Assembly (NCBI RefSeq): GCF_036588685.1
Contig: NC_086375.1
Span: forward strand, 40,858,001 to 40,922,000
Direction of reading: 5' to 3'
DNA length: 64,000 nucleotides
Origin: Mytilus trossulus
Taxonomy: Eukaryota
In this document: positions 1 through 12,547 of the stretch, piece by piece
Layout of the letters: each line of letters starts with the position of its first letter
How positions within the stretch are numbered: the stretch's first letter is position 1
Made by a program: the position numbers and the translations under genes
The notes under the pieces: generated by a model
Database searches by the model: none
The model's input: only the letters and a program-made list of their open reading frames with translations
What the model was told of the DNA's origin: nothing

Positions 1-244
1 AACGCATGATCGCCATTATGAATTTTTTTACCATTACATACGAAGTCTACTCAAAAGATGCAAGAAGACATATGTCAAAACATATTCCTTTGTCATACAA
101 CTTGGTTACTCCATTCAGAATTAAAAATCACAAAGGTGTTCCCTACATCCTTTGTATAAAAAATTAAATGTTAATTATAATGTCATTTTCAATAAGAAAA
201 TCTGTGATTGACACATTCAACAAATAAGAAAACATGATTTACAG

Positions 245-562
245 GTGGCAGTTGTACAGATGCAACAGCATATTTTTATGACGAAAACATTAGTATATCA
301 TGTATAATTACTGGAATGTTGAATCCCATGTCAATTATTATTGCGAGAAACGGACAAAACATAGCAGCAATCAACGAAAACAGAGAAGTCCAATATATAT
401 CACCATCAACTAATTTTAGCATAGTTATTAAACAGGCTGAGAATATAACTTTATCGTTGTTGTTTGAAAATGTCACATGCGAAGATGATGGTCTATATGG
501 AGTGCATGTCAACAGTACAGCCTTTAAAGCGGTCAATATCACTGGATCTCTTATGATTATAG
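245..562 (+). CDS. Ig/chitin-binding modular protein, internal exon A (atypical Ig V/I-like domain 1); gene starts upstream of the window
   Basis: tttacag acceptor at 243-244 and G|gtaagg donor, phase 1-1. Translates GSCTDATAYFYDENISISC...LLFENVTCEDDGLYGV, an Ig-like DxGxY motif. Confidence 0.8.
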
Positions 563-951
563 GTAAGGAGGTAATTGTTGTAAAGTGTGTCACACAACAC
601 GTACGAAGTACTGTAAGTGGTAAAGATTGAATTTCATTTGTCAACTTCTTTTGGATGAAATCTTTAACTGGCAACTGATATTTGAATTTGTGGATTATCT
701 TTTATTTTGGAAAAAACTGAATACTATAGCTTAAACTTATAATACTTGCAAACATCACGTTGTTTCTGTCAGTCAGTTTTTGGATGTTTACGCCCTACAT
801 AGCAGTTTAATGATTCAAAATGTACGAGTGCTGCTAATTAAATGATATATTTGATTTTTACCATTAAAGAGCGTTAAAACCTATGTCTAGATAGTTCGGT
901 AATACGATTCATCAGTTGAAATAAAATTTGACTTCGTTTTTCTTTTTCCAG

Positions 952-1302
952 ATAGACCAACCGTTCCTGTATTCTTTGTAAATCCTGACCAGTTTGCCGG
1001 ACTACCATATAGACAATCTGACTATGAACATCAATGTTCTGGAAACATTGGACTACCAGCTGGAGATCTGATTATAGAAATGAAATTGAATAACTCAGAT
1101 TTTTCCTTAGTGCCGCCTGAAGTTCTGGTTATTGTACAAAATTCTAGTTATACACAAGGTTGTAGTAATTTTCAGATATTGAGATTTACTATGAATTTTA
1201 CATCAGCTATGAATAAAGCTGTTATAAGATGTCGTGTGCAAAACGACTTTATTTTTGGAGGAGCAATAATTGGATCAGAAGTGGATTTATCAACTTTCTC
1301 AA
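952..1302 (+). CDS. Ig/chitin-binding modular protein, exon B (Ig C-like domain 2)
   Basis: tttttccag acceptor and A|gtaag donor. DRPTVP...HQCSGNIGLPAGDL...NKAVIRCRVQN; homologous to exons 2470-2829 and 10448-10807. Confidence 0.8.
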
Positions 1303-1688
1303 GTAAGAAAATTTAATGTATGAACTCTTTATCGTTTCTAAAAAGGCTGAACAATTAGTGGAAACAGACTATGTGTGTCAGTTTTATGATTAAAATAGCA
1401 TTAGCCATAATTTAAAAATGAAAATACTAAAGATTTCTACAGATAAAAAGCAAACAAACAAGAAAATAGTGTCAATGGTATTAGCTCTTCAGTTACGGGT
1501 GCCTATATACCATTTAAAAATCAAAAAGGTATCTTTTTTGTTTGAATTTCGTTTGTTTTCTATGTTATACACGTCATGGGTATTAAAGTAAAAACTAAAC
1601 TCTTATTTCTGAGAAAAAAATTTGTTAAATTAGCAATTAAAAGTGTGTGTATTATATTGACGATATTTGGTGTTAATTGTTATTTCAG

Positions 1689-2009
1689 AAGATACATGTT
1701 ATGATGTTAATGTCCATATACATAACGCTGCAACGATGATGTGCACTTTAAACAGAACAAAAAAATATGAAGAGATCATGATTGTAAAAATCAAAGATGG
1801 TGTCAGCGTAAATATATCTAGGATTAGTAAAAATGGAGATATAACATACTTCCAAGATCATTTGAACATACAAATACGTGTTATTACGAGTTTCGTCGTT
1901 TCTATTGATTTTTTAAACACTACTTGTGCCGATGAAGGAGACTATGTGTTACAAATAAGTAATGGAACAAGAGTTACAGCCATGGTGACAGGATTATTAC
2001 AGCCAATCA
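1689..2009 (+). CDS. Ig/chitin-binding modular protein, exon C (atypical Ig V/I-like domain 3)
   Basis: tatttcag acceptor and A|gtgagt donor. DTCYDV...ATMMC...NTTCADEGDYVL. Confidence 0.8.
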
Positions 2010-2469
2010 GTGAGTCAGTTATTGTTTTGTTCCATGATCACATTAAATTCATTTAGAGATTTTCTAAAAAAAAGGCTTGTTCTTTTTATTTCATGGGATA
2101 AATGTACATGTAAAACAAACATATACTTCTAAAAAAGTATTTCAGGTGATGAATCTGAGTACTATTGATATGCTTTGGACAGTTGTCTATATATAAATTA
2201 CAGTAAGCTCTATCCAACCAAACTCTACTTCATAAATTTAACGTTTAAAAGTATTTTGACAGAGACCAAGATATCATCAACAACCTGCCATTAACACCTA
2301 ATTTCCAAAAATGTCATCACCACTACGAAATGAAAATGTATAAAATCTTAAGAGATTAACAAAGAAAATGTGAAATAAATCGTTGACATATTTGTTCGCA
2401 GTTTTCTTTAATTCTAGTAAGTCTTTCTAGATATGTATGTCATATAATATTAGAATTTATTTTTAACAG

Positions 2470-2829
2470 GTGATCCAGGGAAGCCTTCTTTATTCTTGAA
2501 TCCTGCTGTTGTTGTAGAATCTGGCTCTGATAATGAAGCTCATAATTGCTATGGCAATGTTGGATACCCTACGGGGGAACTTCGTATCGATATTTTAATA
2601 GATATTCCCGGAAAAGATGAAAAGCAGTTTTTCCAAATACCGGATGAAGTCGTCACTAGATTGAGTGACATTAGAACTAATCAGAATTGCCATGGATTCC
2701 AAAATATTACATTCCTACTAAATGTAGATAGTCAGCAAAATAATCAAACCTTAAGATGCAGAGTAGAAAACAAATATCAATCGGATGTGATTTCTTATAC
2801 AGATGGACATGTCGTAAGAGTTATCCCAA
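2470..2829 (+). CDS. Ig/chitin-binding modular protein, exon D (Ig C-like domain 4)
   Basis: ttttaacag acceptor and A|gtaagt donor. DPGKPSL...HNCYGNVGYPTGEL...NNQTLRCRVEN. Confidence 0.8.
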
Positions 2830-3371
2830 GTAAGTGTACAAGACTTAAAAAATAAGTAAAGGAACGTGAAGATATCAATGGCTACATTCTAATAAATTTA
2901 AAAGCGGACCTTGAAGGATAAAAATAAATATATATATATATTAGTTAGAGTTGCGTTGTTATGAGTGATTTAAAAAGTAAATTTTTGTAAATCTAAGAGT
3001 CGAGGAGAAATGCAAGCTTCCGCGAACTTTTACATTTTATGAGTTGAATAAGACAAAGATTATCCTTTTTTCAAAGTTCTCATGTTTTTACGAATGACCA
3101 GTAGCGACAAACAGTTGAGAAATTTCTCGTTTCATACTTGACACTTTTCATATCCAAGTTGACCTTGCATGTAGACTTGATTAAAATATTCCATATGTTG
3201 ACAATTTTGAATCAAAATACCAATACACTTGAATGTCTTAAGACGACGAAACAAGTACAATTAATAACAGGCAGAAAACAATATAAAAACCACGCCACTA
3301 TAGACGGCAATACAAAAAGAACAAAAAAATTAGCCTGGAAGGATAATAACATTAACGGTACCATTTTTTCT

Positions 3372-3414
3372 GCACCAGATGCGCATTTCGACAATACATG
3401 TCTCTTCAGTGATA
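3372..3414 (-). ncRNA. Minimal type I hammerhead ribozyme, family 2 (retrozyme/Penelope-type repeat fragment)
   Basis: Minus strand reads UUAUCA-CUGAAGA-GACA-UGUAU-UGUC-GAA-AU-GCGC-AU-C-UGGUGC: complete catalytic core, stem II, palindromic stem III and AUC cleavage triplet. Confidence 0.75.
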
Positions 3415-3660
3415 ACTGTACCCTGTATATCATTTGACATCCATATAATTGGCTCTGAATTGCTGATCTCCGCGAGCAGCTGATACTAAGAAAGTGGTAA
3501 ATAATTCAGAATAAAGAAAAAACTCAGAACATATATATTTATTAAAAGTTGCATGTGAGTAAAAACTCTTAATTTAATACGAGAAACTTGTCAATTCTAT
3601 ACTTGTATTTGGGAACATGGCATATCATTTACCTGTATCTTTAGAGTATAACTTTTGCAG

Positions 3661-3858
3661 AAGACATATGCAAGTGCAATACTATTCAGTCCGGTATACG
3701 TCGGGGACATCCTGGGCGATGTGATTACTATGTTGAATGTGTTAATATGACAGTTCCAGTAGGAAAACAATGCCAAGCAAACCAATGTAGAAACAGTTCG
3801 ACCGGAATCTGTTCCGATGACTGCTCTGAGAACGTATGCAACGAAACAGTTCCTGCAG
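3661..3858 (+). CDS. Ig/chitin-binding modular protein, exon E (Cys-rich chitin-binding type-2/CBM14-like module 1)
   Basis: ttttgcag acceptor and G|gtaac donor. DICKCNTIQSGIRRGHPGRCDYYVECVNMTVPVGKQCQANQCRNSSTGICSDDCSENVCNETVPA; homologous to 11508-11702. Not in the ORF track. Confidence 0.78.
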
Positions 3859-4582
3859 GTAACACACAAATTTCTTTAAAATAAAACTTATTGAAGAGAT
3901 ACGAACAAAGAATAAACTAAAATCTAATGTTGCCCATATTGATTTCATTGTATGACATATTAACCTATAGTTAATGGAACACCAACATCTTTTATAATGT
4001 ATGTGTGTCATAAGTATTCAATTAAGGAAGAAAGCGTATTTGTATTGAAATCCATGTAAATGATAGATACAATGTTTTTGAAAATCAATGTGCTCTATAA
4101 AGGATTAAACTATAACAAGGGTCGATTCCAAGATAGGTTGAATGTGGGTTTTTTTATTTAACGTGTTATTATATAAGATAAGGGGATGTGGTTTTATTGT
4201 CAATGACAGGACTATCCTAAAATACTATATGACTTGGATTTAGGAGAAGTACCACCATTATTTTCCCTGATATAATTTGTTGAATTGGCACTTTTCAACA
4301 AAAAGTGTACATAATCAGTGTGACTTGGATGGTTTTATTCTGCCCACATTGAAAATTTCACATAAAATTTCATTGCATATATACAATAATAACCATCACC
4401 GGAAGTAAATCAATCAAATTGTCACACTTTTTTTCTTTTAACATATACTATTGTAATCATGATGTCTAATGACGTTTCCAAACTACATGTATTGTATAGA
4501 AACACCAAATAACAAACGATTAATGCTTTTAAACTCCAGAAGTATCATTGAACTAGTATAAAGAAATAATGATGTGTTTTAG

Positions 4583-4648
4583 ATTTTTGTGGTGCTGTTT
4601 CCATTCCATCTATAAATATGACAAGTACTGTTGTTCCTAGTATTTCAC
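4583..4648 (+). CDS. Ig/chitin-binding modular protein, linker exon F
   Basis: gttttag acceptor and C|gtaagt donor, 66 nt, phase 1-1. DFCGAVSIPSINMTSTVVPSIS; begins with the same DFC as the last coding exon at 12548. Confidence 0.65.
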
Positions 4649-4701
4649 GTAAGTGTTCAATGTATCTCTGTACGTATTAGTTTACATGTGTTACTTTACT
4701 T

Positions 4702-4914
4702 GTACTGTGGATTCATTAATATTCGTTGGATACCAATTTTCATGGATTTCGTGGGTACAGGGGAACAACGAATTTAAATGTTCAACGAAGTACAAATTTT
4801 CTAAAGGAATGTATGTGAACTTTGAAAGAACCATGAATTTAAATATCCACGAATATGCAAGTTTTCCTCTATCCACGGAAATTGGTACCCACGAAAATAA
4901 ATGAATCCACAATA
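4702..4914. mobile_element. Short TIR element (MITE, TA-flanked, Tc1/mariner-like); related copy at ~35085-35302
   Basis: Terminal inverted tactgtggattcatt ... aatgaatccacaata, with internal inverted repeats. Confidence 0.6.
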
Positions 4915-5489
4915 TTTACTTTTTCATTCCATTTGTATGTGAAATTTTACAGTTATGTCAAAAGCTACACTGAAAGGAAATATATAATACATTCTGTAAA
5001 TGCATGCTTGTAATATATTTCTTCAAGGACCTATTTAGCTTATTGGAGATGTTTAATCAGATTCCGATTGTGCTATTATGTATGAAAGGAGGTATACTGG
5101 ATTGTACATCATGCTGTATAGCCAGTCAAGGTAGTTACATGTAAAAACTTCCATCCTCCATATAATTGTGCTCGATACTAAACCCAACAACCCCACAAAA
5201 TAACCATGAAATATATACATATGCAGTATACCCATCTCTTATTTATCCTGAGTTTAATTTACATCGTATTGACATGCATGAAAAATTTGCCATATAAGGT
5301 TAAACAACCAACAATCAATCAAATTTTGTTTTGCTGTTTTTATGCTTTTAATTGATTTAAATTTTACGCTTTCCAAAATATTGATAACGAGAATACATCA
5401 TACTTGATTGATTGGTCAGTTTTCCCTTTTGTCGCTTGCATCAACAAAAAAGGGTATATAAAGAGAGCGAAAAATTATTATGGGTAAAA

Positions 5490-5655
5490 CTTTTCGGAAT
5501 TTTGGTCTTCAATGCTCTTCAACTTCGTTCTTTATTTTGCCTTTTTAACTTTTAAATTTTTATAGATCCGAGCGTCACTGATGAGTCTTTTATAGACGAA
5601 ACGCGCGTATTGCGTATATACTAAATTTAGTCCTGGTATCTATGATGAATTTATT
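5490..5655 (+). mobile_element. Retrozyme-type repeat fragment with type I hammerhead (5572-5616)
   Basis: GCGTCA CTGATGA GTCT tttat AGAC GAA AC GCGC GT A TTGCGT. Flanks match the copies at 22841 and 27481. Confidence 0.7.
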
Positions 5656-6679
5656 TAATATAAGGTCAACACAAAACAATTTGTTTTTCTCAACAATCGT
5701 CATTTTTAGCATTAAATAAGTTTTTGATTATCTGCTTTCCTTCTACTTATTAACATTATGTTGTATGCAAACTGTTTTTACGAAACGCTTGTTATTTCTA
5801 AAGTATAGCGATTACTGTCTTTGAAAAAGACTCGTATAATACAAAACAAAACATACTGAACTTTTGTGTCCTTATAGATTTAGTTATGGGTTACATCATT
5901 TGCTTTCAAATACAGAAAGGTATATACATAATAAATATTGACAATCGTAACACTATATATTTAAATTATTGTTAAAGAAAGATTGCAACGATACTAACTA
6001 TTATAAATATCAACACGTTATAGTGTCAGCCTGAAAACATGACTTTTATTATGATTATTTTTAATTACATTTGTATTTAACATTGTTTTTGACACTTGCC
6101 CTATTAAATGTTACATTTATGAAGTGATACAGTTTTGTGTATGATTGAATAAATCGTTAGTCTTAACATTTCCTTTAACTCGTATATTTCTTTCAATTCT
6201 ATCTGTAAAATAGAGGAGAAAAAAAGATTAATTCAGAATCGTAAACGGAGGACAAACTACACCCTTGCAAAAAATAATTAAAAAAAACCACAGACAACAG
6301 TCTGCATATCAAAACATTGAAAACTAAAGACTGTGGAACATAAAACCCCACCACAACACGATTTGTCTTAGTAACTACGGATGGATTAGTAGAACCGAAT
6401 CCACATGTGACGTCCGTCGTGTTACTGGTATGAAATACATTGATGAGTTATGTCAAGGGATAAAGACAAGAGACGTGTCAATATTTTCACTAGGCTTGAT
6501 TTGAACTAATGAAGAATAAATTCCTTCGAGAGTTTTTATGTACCCTAGAATGTACGTGATTTTATTGTTGCCCAGAGCTAAACGGCGCGTTGTCCTTATA
6601 TCAAAAGGAATAAAATATTAAAGGAATTAAATAACTATTTTATATTTATTTTTTACCAAATTATGAGGAAAGATATATT

Positions 6680-7530
6680 TCTAATATCGTAGCTTTTTTA
6701 CCTAGATTGATTAAATTCTTAAATTTGACAGAAATATACCAAACTACATAACAACCTATGATTCAGTTAGATCAATATACTGCAAAGATAGTTGTAGAGT
6801 TTGATGAAAATCTAAGATGTTTTGAAAAAAGATATGAGAAAAATTGAAGTGTACTATCTCTATTTTGTCAAAACTTCAAATCCTAGCTTTTTTTAATTAG
6901 ATTAAAATATTTTTTAAATGTAACAGCGATACACCAAACTTCATAACAATCTGGGATTCAGTAAGATTAATACATCACCAAGGCAGCTATATAGTTTGAA
7001 AAAAAATAAGTTGATTGTGAAAAACTTTTATTAAACATAAATTAAAGTATACTATCTCTATTTTGTTCGAACTGCAAATTCTAGCTTTTTAGACCTAGAT
7101 TAATTGAAATTTTAAATTTGACAGCAATATAACAAAACAAAATGACCGGGGATTCAGTAAGCTTAATATATATCTAAGATAGCTGTATAGTTTGATGAAA
7201 ATCCAAGTTGTTTTGAAAAAGTTATTAAAAAAATAAAGTGTACTATCTCTTTTTTTTCTGAATTTCAAATCCTAGCTTTTTATTACCCAGATTACTTTAA
7301 TTCTTAAATTTTACAGCAATACAACAAATAACTAATTGACATGGGATTCAGGAAGCTTAATGTATATCTAAGATAGCTGCATAGTGTAATGAAAACCCAT
7401 GTTGATTTAAAAAAAGTTATTAAAAAAAAGTGTACTATCTCTATTTTGTCCAATTGCAAATCCTAGCTTTGTTTACCAAGATTTCTTTTTAAGTTGATTT
7501 GAAAAAGTTATAAAAACAACTTAAAGATGC
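6680..7530. repeat. Diverged tandem array, unit about 190-200 bp, about 4.5 copies; followed by a gtcgag-rich segment to ~7970
   Basis: Blocks ctagcttttt / gggattcagtaag / aaagtgtactatctc recur near 6690, 6883, 7081, 7272 and 7463. Confidence 0.75.
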
Positions 7531-8384
7531 CTATCTGAATTTATATAATATAATTTTTATTATTACCGATTGTAAAATTGTAAAATTAAATTCTTTCATT
7601 TCACACAAATAAATCAAACTGCCAAATAAGCTTGAATTTTGTAAGATCAATATTTAACTTAGTTAGATAGGCTGATTTACACCAGTCAAAACTGAATTTG
7701 AAGGTCAAGACTAGTCGAGACAGGTCGAGACTAGTCAAGACAGGTCGAGACATGTCGAGCCTTGGTCAAGACCATTTCAGACTACACAAAGATCATCAAG
7801 TACTGAATAATAAAGGTAACAGTAGTATACCGCTGTTCAAAACTGAATCAGACTAATTAAGTAAAGTCGAGAACTATTCGAGTACACTGAAGTGCAGTTA
7901 AGTACAGTCGAGACAATGTCGAGACGGGTCGAGTAAAATGTGTGCTCAATTTTTCTGGTCGAGCACAAAAACTGGTCAATGCAGACTCTGTGCAGTTTGT
8001 AGTGTTATAATGCTTGATATTTTCCCGTCGCAAGAAATCGTGTTGGAATGTCCGTCTACAAGGTCAGCGTAAATATTTTAAATATTAAGTTAAAAACAAT
8101 GGAGAATAGTATTTTTTTCGTGAGATTTGCTGGCATTACCCATAGTTTGTGGCACTCAAACTTAATTCTCAAAAGATCATGGACATAGAAACATAAGATA
8201 AAGCAAAATAACTTCTCCTGCCGTATCATTTTCTTCTTTTCCGATGGTAATAAACTAATAGCATAGAGGCATCCTTTTCCTTTTAGTTTTGTCAAAATTA
8301 AGTTTCGAAGATCACCTCACCTATAGCATAAAACCCGCAATCAGATATTGTATGCTGCTTTTTCCGATAAGCATTGCTATATAC

Positions 8385-8557
8385 NNNNNNNNNNNNNNNN
8401 NNNNNNNNNNNNNNNNNNNNNNNNNNNNNNNNNNNNNNNNNNNNNNNNNNNNNNNNNNNNNNNNNNNNNNNNNNNNNNNNNNNNNNNNNNNNNNNNNNNN
8501 NNNNNNNNNNNNNNNNNNNNNNNNNNNNNNNNNNNNNNNNNNNNNNNNNNNNNNNNN
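8385..8557. other. Assembly gap (173 N)
   Basis: Run of n. Confidence 1.
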
Positions 8558-8729
8558 CGATTTGGAGGTTTTGAAAAACCTTTTTCTTAGTATAGCCTAA
8601 GATCCTAAGATATAAAATAAACTTTAAAATGTTGGTGGAATATAATAGTAATCGGACTAAAACTAGCATACCAAATTTTGAAGCAATGTGACATTTAAAT
8701 GCTTCATACATTTTCAACTTATTTTACAG

Positions 8730-9053
8730 CTATAGTGTGCACGAATACGTCGATTTTCTTGAATACTGGTCCCGCAACAATACTGTGCTTTTTGAATGAA
8801 ATAAGTTTCAATTCAATAACTATAAATAAGGGTTCTCGGACTGAGGGAACAAAAACGATAGGATTCATCAGCAGTGATGGTTCTGTCAACATGCTGCCAG
8901 TAGAGGAACTATTCAACATGACAATAAACTTTGACGGAAGCAAACTAACTATTACCCTGATATTAGCGACTTGTGATTCAGAGGGACTTTACTCAGTTGT
9001 CGTTAATACCAATGAACAAATATATACTGCACATGGAAACGTAACAATATTAC
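8730..9053 (+). CDS. Ig/chitin-binding modular protein, exon G (atypical Ig V/I-like domain 5)
   Basis: attttacag acceptor and C|gtaag donor. IVCTNT...ATILC...LATCDSEGLYSV. Confidence 0.78.
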
Positions 9054-10447
9054 GTAAGATATTTAGTTTAATAATATGAATATGTTATTGCAGTTTGTAA
9101 ACTGTCAGTGGGGAGGGTAAAGAAAGAAAGAAAGAAAGTACGAAAACCAATGTTCTAATTTATGATAAAACAGAACACAATAACAAAACGACAGACAGAA
9201 ATCAATTGCAGTTTCCTGACTTGAGAGATGAACATACAGAATGTATCGGGATTGACCATGTCCGTAAGCACTTGAACCACCCTTTATTCTGGAATAAAGG
9301 TATACTAGTACACACACACAAAAAACAGTTAAATTCACTCGGAAAGGTCTTTTAAAAGCAACGGCAAAATATCATTTCTCTTGAACAATAACGAAAAATA
9401 CATAAAAATCTCAAAACTTGAGAATTGAAATGGGGAATGTTTCAAAGAGACAACAACCCGACCAAAGAGCAGACAATAGTTGTAAGCCACCAATGCCACG
9501 ATTCGAAGGTTGAGAACAGCATTTTAACATTATCATGAAATATTGACATTATTACAAAGGCATGTGAAATAATAATACATCACATGTAAATATAAATTTA
9601 GTTATTAGTATCTGTATTTGTCCATTCGTTTTTGATACGTTTTGTTATTTGATTTTGCCATGTGATTATGGAGTTTCCGAATTGATTTTCCTCTAGGTTC
9701 AGTATTTCTGTTATTTTACTTTTTAGATGTAAATATATTACTAGTATGGTGATGTTTGACAGACGCGGATAAATAGATCCTTATTGTGTGTTATCATAAT
9801 TAAAAAGATTGCACACACTACATTGCAAATTCGGGAAATTATGACCCGTTTTTATCGATAATTTTGTCGTGTTAAGACAACTTGAAACTTTTTTGTTAAA
9901 ACAATTTGTACTTTTTGAAAACTTGACTTTTTGTTTATCTTAATAATCGACACAGAGTGTCTTACATAAGAGTAGGTAACATGTCGAAAATTATATATTT
10001 CGCAGTAAAATGTATGTAATCTGAAAATAATCTGTTTTGCTCAGCTAATTTTTGTTTTCAGGATATTACCATTTTTTCAAGATTAGGATCTTAATAACTT
10101 TTGGAAACATTTTCACAATGGTACATATTTTGTGTAACCAACTCGTCTCCTCGAGAGATATCGATATAGATCATTGAATCAGTACAGCGAAATTACAAAT
10201 GCTTTGAAATTTACATACTATCATAACATAAAGTTTCTCTTATTGTTTTTAATTTGATTCAAGACTACTAGTCATGGTTTAGGAATCATTCTGTTCTTTT
10301 CATTTTTTCATAATATGAGGTCAATCTTATTCAATTTATGGGTTTTGAATAAATTAGTTATGATTAGTACTAATTAATTTATACACTATCATAATTATGT
10401 CCAGGAGGTATTATCTGCTCTGAATAATTCGTCTTGGTTTTAAACAG

Positions 10448-10807
10448 GCAAACCATCAATTCCAAATTTAGAAATGAACAAAGATCAGGTGATAAATCTT
10501 GGATATTACAGACCCGGATTTGAACACGTATGCAGTGGTGACGTTGGGGAACCTCCCGGGAATCTAATTTTAGAAATACAACACACTGACTCGACTTTTT
10601 TCGAACCGTTACAAGATCAATTCATTAAAATCATATTTACAAATATTGAACGAGAACATTGCTATAACAATACAATGACAGTCGTCTTTGGCATGCTGTT
10701 TTATTCTGAAATGATCAATGGTAAAATACGATGTCGAGTGGACAATTCCGTTTCTTTGGGAACCAATGAAATTTTTGCAGATACAGAAGATTTACAACTT
10801 ATTCCAG
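10448..10807 (+). CDS. Ig/chitin-binding modular protein, exon H (Ig C-like domain 6)
   Basis: tttaaacag acceptor and G|gtttga donor. KPSIP...HVCSGDVGEPPGNL...NGKIRCRVDN. Confidence 0.78.
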
Positions 10808-11507
10808 GTTTGATTCTGGCTAATCTTGTTTTAAGCCCCCATGCACTGAAAGGGTATAAAACATATCACATTAAGTATACACAAAAACAAAACAAAATTC
10901 TAAATATGTTAAGAAAACACACAATTACCAAGAGAGTAAAAGCCAAATAGTTGGCAAAACATTGAAAAAAACCAACTAACTCTTTTACGTTATGAACCCT
11001 GCTAAAATTTATGTGAACTAAATCGCTCATTTTGCAAGCTGTCTCTCATGGATAAACAAGTTATTGATTTTATAATTCGTTTGATATTCAGTGAAACTGG
11101 CTAAAGTTATGCTACATCTTTAATACATGTTTATGTACGTGTTTTGGGGTTTTTTCTTCAGTTAAACGAACCAATAAATCAATAACAGTTCAAATGGAAA
11201 TAATGATACATAAATAAACTTTACGATTTTTTTTATCAAAGATGTTGGTTCTAGGTAGTAATCTAAAAACAAATTTAGGGTAAAACAAATGATCACCAAA
11301 CCAGACTTATAGAAGTATCACATGTTTTTACAGGTTCACATGACGATTAGTTCATTATTAACTGTTGATAATTACTTTTTATATTTTGGTTTGAAATCAA
11401 GGACTTCTAGTCCAACATTAATGACCTATTTAGCAATAGTCATTTATAAGCAAAACAATCATCACAATTTTTCTTTAATTTTTATTTTCTGAATGTTATT
11501 TTTACAG

Positions 11508-11702
11508 AAGAAATTTGCAATTGCAATACTGATGATGGTGCAAAAAGGGGACACCCAACAGTTTGTGACGTTTTTGTGCAGTGTACTAATTTCACAGTAC
11601 CTCAAGGGTTACCATGTCCTTCTCTAAACTGTAGAAATAGTATAACGGGTGAATGTGGAACGGACTGCTCTGTGAAAACATGCAGTGAGCCAGTCCCAAA
11701 AG
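11508..11702 (+). CDS. Ig/chitin-binding modular protein, exon I (chitin-binding type-2-like module 2)
   Basis: tttttacag acceptor and G|gtaat donor. EICNCNTDDGAKRGHPTVCDVFVQCTNFTVPQGLPCPSLNCRNSITGECGTDCSVKTCSEPVPK. Confidence 0.78.
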
Positions 11703-12547
11703 GTAATACTATCCTTAATAGACACAATCTTTTAAAATAATAGTTACGAAAGCGACAGGGCTGACTTCCACTAACTGTATCTCTATCATTTGAAATGAGT
11801 CTCAATTTTACCTAAAAACATAGTTTAACACCAAAATGTGAGTAATTTAAGATTCTTTTAGTATAAGGGATTATTTCTAAACAGATAACCAACTTACTGA
11901 CGCCTGTCGATATACCAAAATAGCAATTCTCGCAGACTTTGACTTATCCCCCAGAAGAATATAGGGACATATTTAAGCCAAACGAACATTTCTGTATAAA
12001 TAAAAAGCTTATTTAAAACATTATGATTTGAATAAAATGGATATATGACAAAGTCTCTTCAATATTCAGTCTTCAATATTTAGATATTGACTCTGTGATA
12101 AAATGAAGATAAAGGGTTTTGTTCTTACATCCTTATGTCTCTGGTATTAAGAATCAATTTATTCACTTCTTTTCTAGTTCTCTGGTGATTAAGAGTTGGA
12201 CATGTTCAAAAACACATGTTTTGTTTTAATTGAAGATTAGATATTGACCTACATGTACATATGTTGTTTTTAAGTTTTGTGTGTCACTTGAATATTGTCT
12301 CATCTACGTACGTTTATCCAGTACTTTCTTATGTCATGCTTACAATTCATAATTTATACGTCCGGTATTAAAAACAGGCGGCGTTTCAACAATGTGTAAT
12401 ACAACTATGAAAAGACTATTCATTATTATTCACCAACAGCAACCTTTCAAAAGTTCAAACAAAAAACTCAAACGTTATGTAAAGCAAAAAAACGCAAGAC
12501 AATGAAAACCAAAAGGTATCATTAAAATATTCGATTTTTTCTTTTAG

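Noticed and set aside
6680-7530. CRISPR-like array
   Set aside because: Eukaryotic context, whole units are repeated with no unique spacers, and there are no cas genes.
8289-8717. ORFs spanning the N gap
   Set aside because: Artefacts of ambiguous bases.
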